This document shows positions 49,021-51,313 of a stretch of DNA of 51,313 nt, piece by piece. A program made the position numbers and the translations under genes. Position 1 is the first letter of the stretch. The number at the start of each line of letters is the position of its first letter. The notes below the pieces were generated by a model. That model ran no database searches and was not told the origin of the DNA. It was given only the letters and a program-made list of their open reading frames with translations. The stretch spans positions 34,000,283 through 34,051,595 of the forward strand of contig NC_069005.1 in assembly GCF_001194135.2 (NCBI RefSeq). The letters are read 5' to 3'. The stretch is from Octopus bimaculoides. Lineage: Eukaryota.

Positions 49021-49693
49021 TGCACTTCTTCTTGGGTAAATAGAACAACTCTAAGCAATGCTCGGACGCGGCACAATTAGGGGCTGCACAGGTTTATCGC
49101 TGTGCTTATTTGGACATTCCTGTATAGTGGCGATTGTGGCCAGTTGAGCATATCTCGAAATAATAGTGCCCCTCGCTTGTACAACCACACCAAAGATTTG
49201 GACATAAGGAGATAAAAAGATAGTTACGGATACATGCCTCTAGTGTAATGGTCATCGTCGGCACGGTAGCTGCTCTAACCTAGACCCAGCTACCAAATGA
49301 CCAAATTAATAATGAGAATCTCCACTCTGCAAGCTCTCCAGAACACGCAAGCTAATTGGCCATTATCAATGCGTAGAATTGCATCAATCCTCACCAGATA
49401 TGCAAATATGGCCGAACTGGAATGACCACCCATCGCATTCAGGTACAAATCAGGGATAGGGATTAGAATTTGGAGGAAGACGCAAATTGATTGCATCGAT
49501 CGCATTTGATTGCATCGATCTTAGAGAAATAAAATGCAAAGACGACCACAGCAGAATTTAAACTCAAAAATATATATCTTAAAAATCCACAACTTATAAA
49601 ATGGGATGTTTGTATCTGGTGCTCTAACGATTATGCTATTCCAGTTTTATTGGCAGCAAAGGTCAACATATTGTGGATATTAGGAGGCAAAAG

Positions 49694-49697
<4 letters not shown>

Positions 49698-49751
<54 letters not shown>

Positions 49752-49794
49752 CAGTAGTAGTAGTAGTAGCAGTAGTAGTAGTAGTAGTAGTAGT
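49698..49794. repeat. (TAG)n with CAG interruptions
   Basis: Long run. Confidence 0.96.
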
Positions 49795-50211
49795 ACGTGT
49801 TGATGATGATGATGGAGGAAAAGAGGAAAGAGACGGACGACGACGACAACGATGACAAAGATGATGATGAGCGGGATGAGTAGGTGGAGGAGGGAGAAAA
49901 AGGAGAAGATAATGGAGAAGAAAAAGAGGAGAAGAAGAAGAATTAGAAGATAGCAAGGAAAAAGAGAGTAAATGAATCTCTTGGGTGTGTTTAAGGGACA
50001 ACAATAGAACTGACATGGAAATATATGTGTGTGTGTGTGTGTGTGTGAGTATGTGTGCTTGAGTAGGCTTATATATGCACACATACACACATACACATGT
50101 GCACATACACACACACACACATACACACACACACACACACACACATATGTATGAATGTAAGTGTATATGTCTAAAGATGGGAACAGATAATGAAAGTAAT
50201 GTGTGCGTGAG

Positions 50212-50270
50212 TGGTGGTGGTGGTGGTGGTGGTGGTGGTGGTGGTGGTGGTGGTGGTGGTGGTGGTGGTG
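50212..50270. repeat. (GGT)n microsatellite
   Basis: Perfect run. Confidence 0.97.
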
Positions 50271-50579
50271 ATGGTAGTGGTGGTGGAGGTTGGGAGAAAT
50301 GATTATTGGGTGTGTGGAGATAACTGATTGGAAATAATGGGTTGATTGGAAAGAGGAGAGGGGGAAGGGTAGGGTGTACTGTGAAATTACTGTGACTGGA
50401 GTTAGGGGAGGGGTGCGGTGGTAGGTGGATGAATATGAAAGTGAAAGTGGGCATTGATAGAATGAAGGAGATGTAAAAGAGAGGGAGAGTGAGGGAGAGA
50501 GAAAGAGAAAATGGCGGGAAGAGAGATGAAGAATGGGCTGGTGTGCTTGCTTGTTTAATTCTGTGTATGAGTGTGTAGG

Positions 50580-50617
<38 letters not shown>

Positions 50618-51131
50618 GTGTATATGTGTTTGTATGTACATATGCATATGTCTCTGTATGTGTCGAAGTAAGTTGATGTGTATATAATATGTATGTATAC
50701 GTGTGTTTACGTCCGTCTGTGTGTATGTATATATATATATATATATGTATATACGCATATACGTAAGTATGTACTAATGTACGCATTTATGTACACATGT
50801 ATATATGTACGGCGCATAAATGTGTATACATGCATGTATGCGGGTATGTAGTGAAATTTAGGAGCCACAGAGAACAGAAATGGAGATTGTCCCGAAGATA
50901 TTGAGGTAGAGATAAAGAAAGAGAAAATGAGAAAATGAGGGGGGATTGAGGGGCAAAGAGGGAGGGACGTTTTGGATAGATTTATCGATAGCTTTAGAGA
51001 TTCACTGATGGATTGATCGATTGATTTCTACATATATGGCGAAAGAGTTAGAACATACAAACACAGAGAGACACACCTATATATATATATAAATAGATAT
51101 AATATAAATATATATATATATATACAGTGGG

Positions 51132-51245
51132 AGGGCACATAGGAGGTTATGTGGTCAAAGATCTTCCGTGAGATCCACGTGGTTTCAGGTTCGATTGTAT
51201 TTGATGAAAGGTCTTTGCATTGTAAGATGCAGGTGACCAAAGTTT
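51132..51245 (+). mobile_element. Degenerate SINE family A-like head
   Basis: ggttatgtggtcaaagatcttccgtgagatccacgtggtttcaggttcgattg follows the family A head layout. Confidence 0.45.
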
Positions 51246-51313
51246 TATATATATATAAATACATACATATATATACAAATATACATATATATATTTATAC
51301 ATATATATACATA

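Noticed and set aside
49235-49290. tagtgtaatggtcatc resembling a tRNA A box
   Set aside because: No B box or cloverleaf follows.
49481-49520. 19-20-bp duplication sharing TGCATCGAT with the minisatellite at 19904
   Set aside because: Only 9-11 bp are shared and the rest of the unit differs; this is a post hoc match.

Overview
This is AT-rich eukaryotic DNA, saturated with microsatellites and broken by 15 assembly gaps (about 4.4 kb of N), nearly all abutting simple repeats. The repeat landscape looks like a coleoid cephalopod (Octopus-type) genome; this is inference from the SINE families, the R4 LINE relics and the SSR density. I recognise no protein-coding gene, rRNA, intact tRNA or CRISPR array. 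Most supplied ORFs are artefacts of N runs or di/trinucleotide repeats. Well supported: one decayed RTE-clade LINE 3' end, three clear and one probable R4/Dong-clade (RLE) LINE fragments, about 20 copies or fragments of at least four SINE-like families, two small inverted-repeat elements, a 20-bp minisatellite, two degenerate larger-unit tandem arrays and many microsatellites. Several unique patches carry splice-site-like signals and may be exons of an unidentified, long-intron gene, but none is confirmed. I found no convincing novel biological system. The best leads are back-to-back R4 3' ends from two lineages, an inverted-repeat element abutting a patterned minisatellite, an inverted SINE pair around a candidate exon, and a His/Thr-rich ORF with a 60-aa internal repeat.
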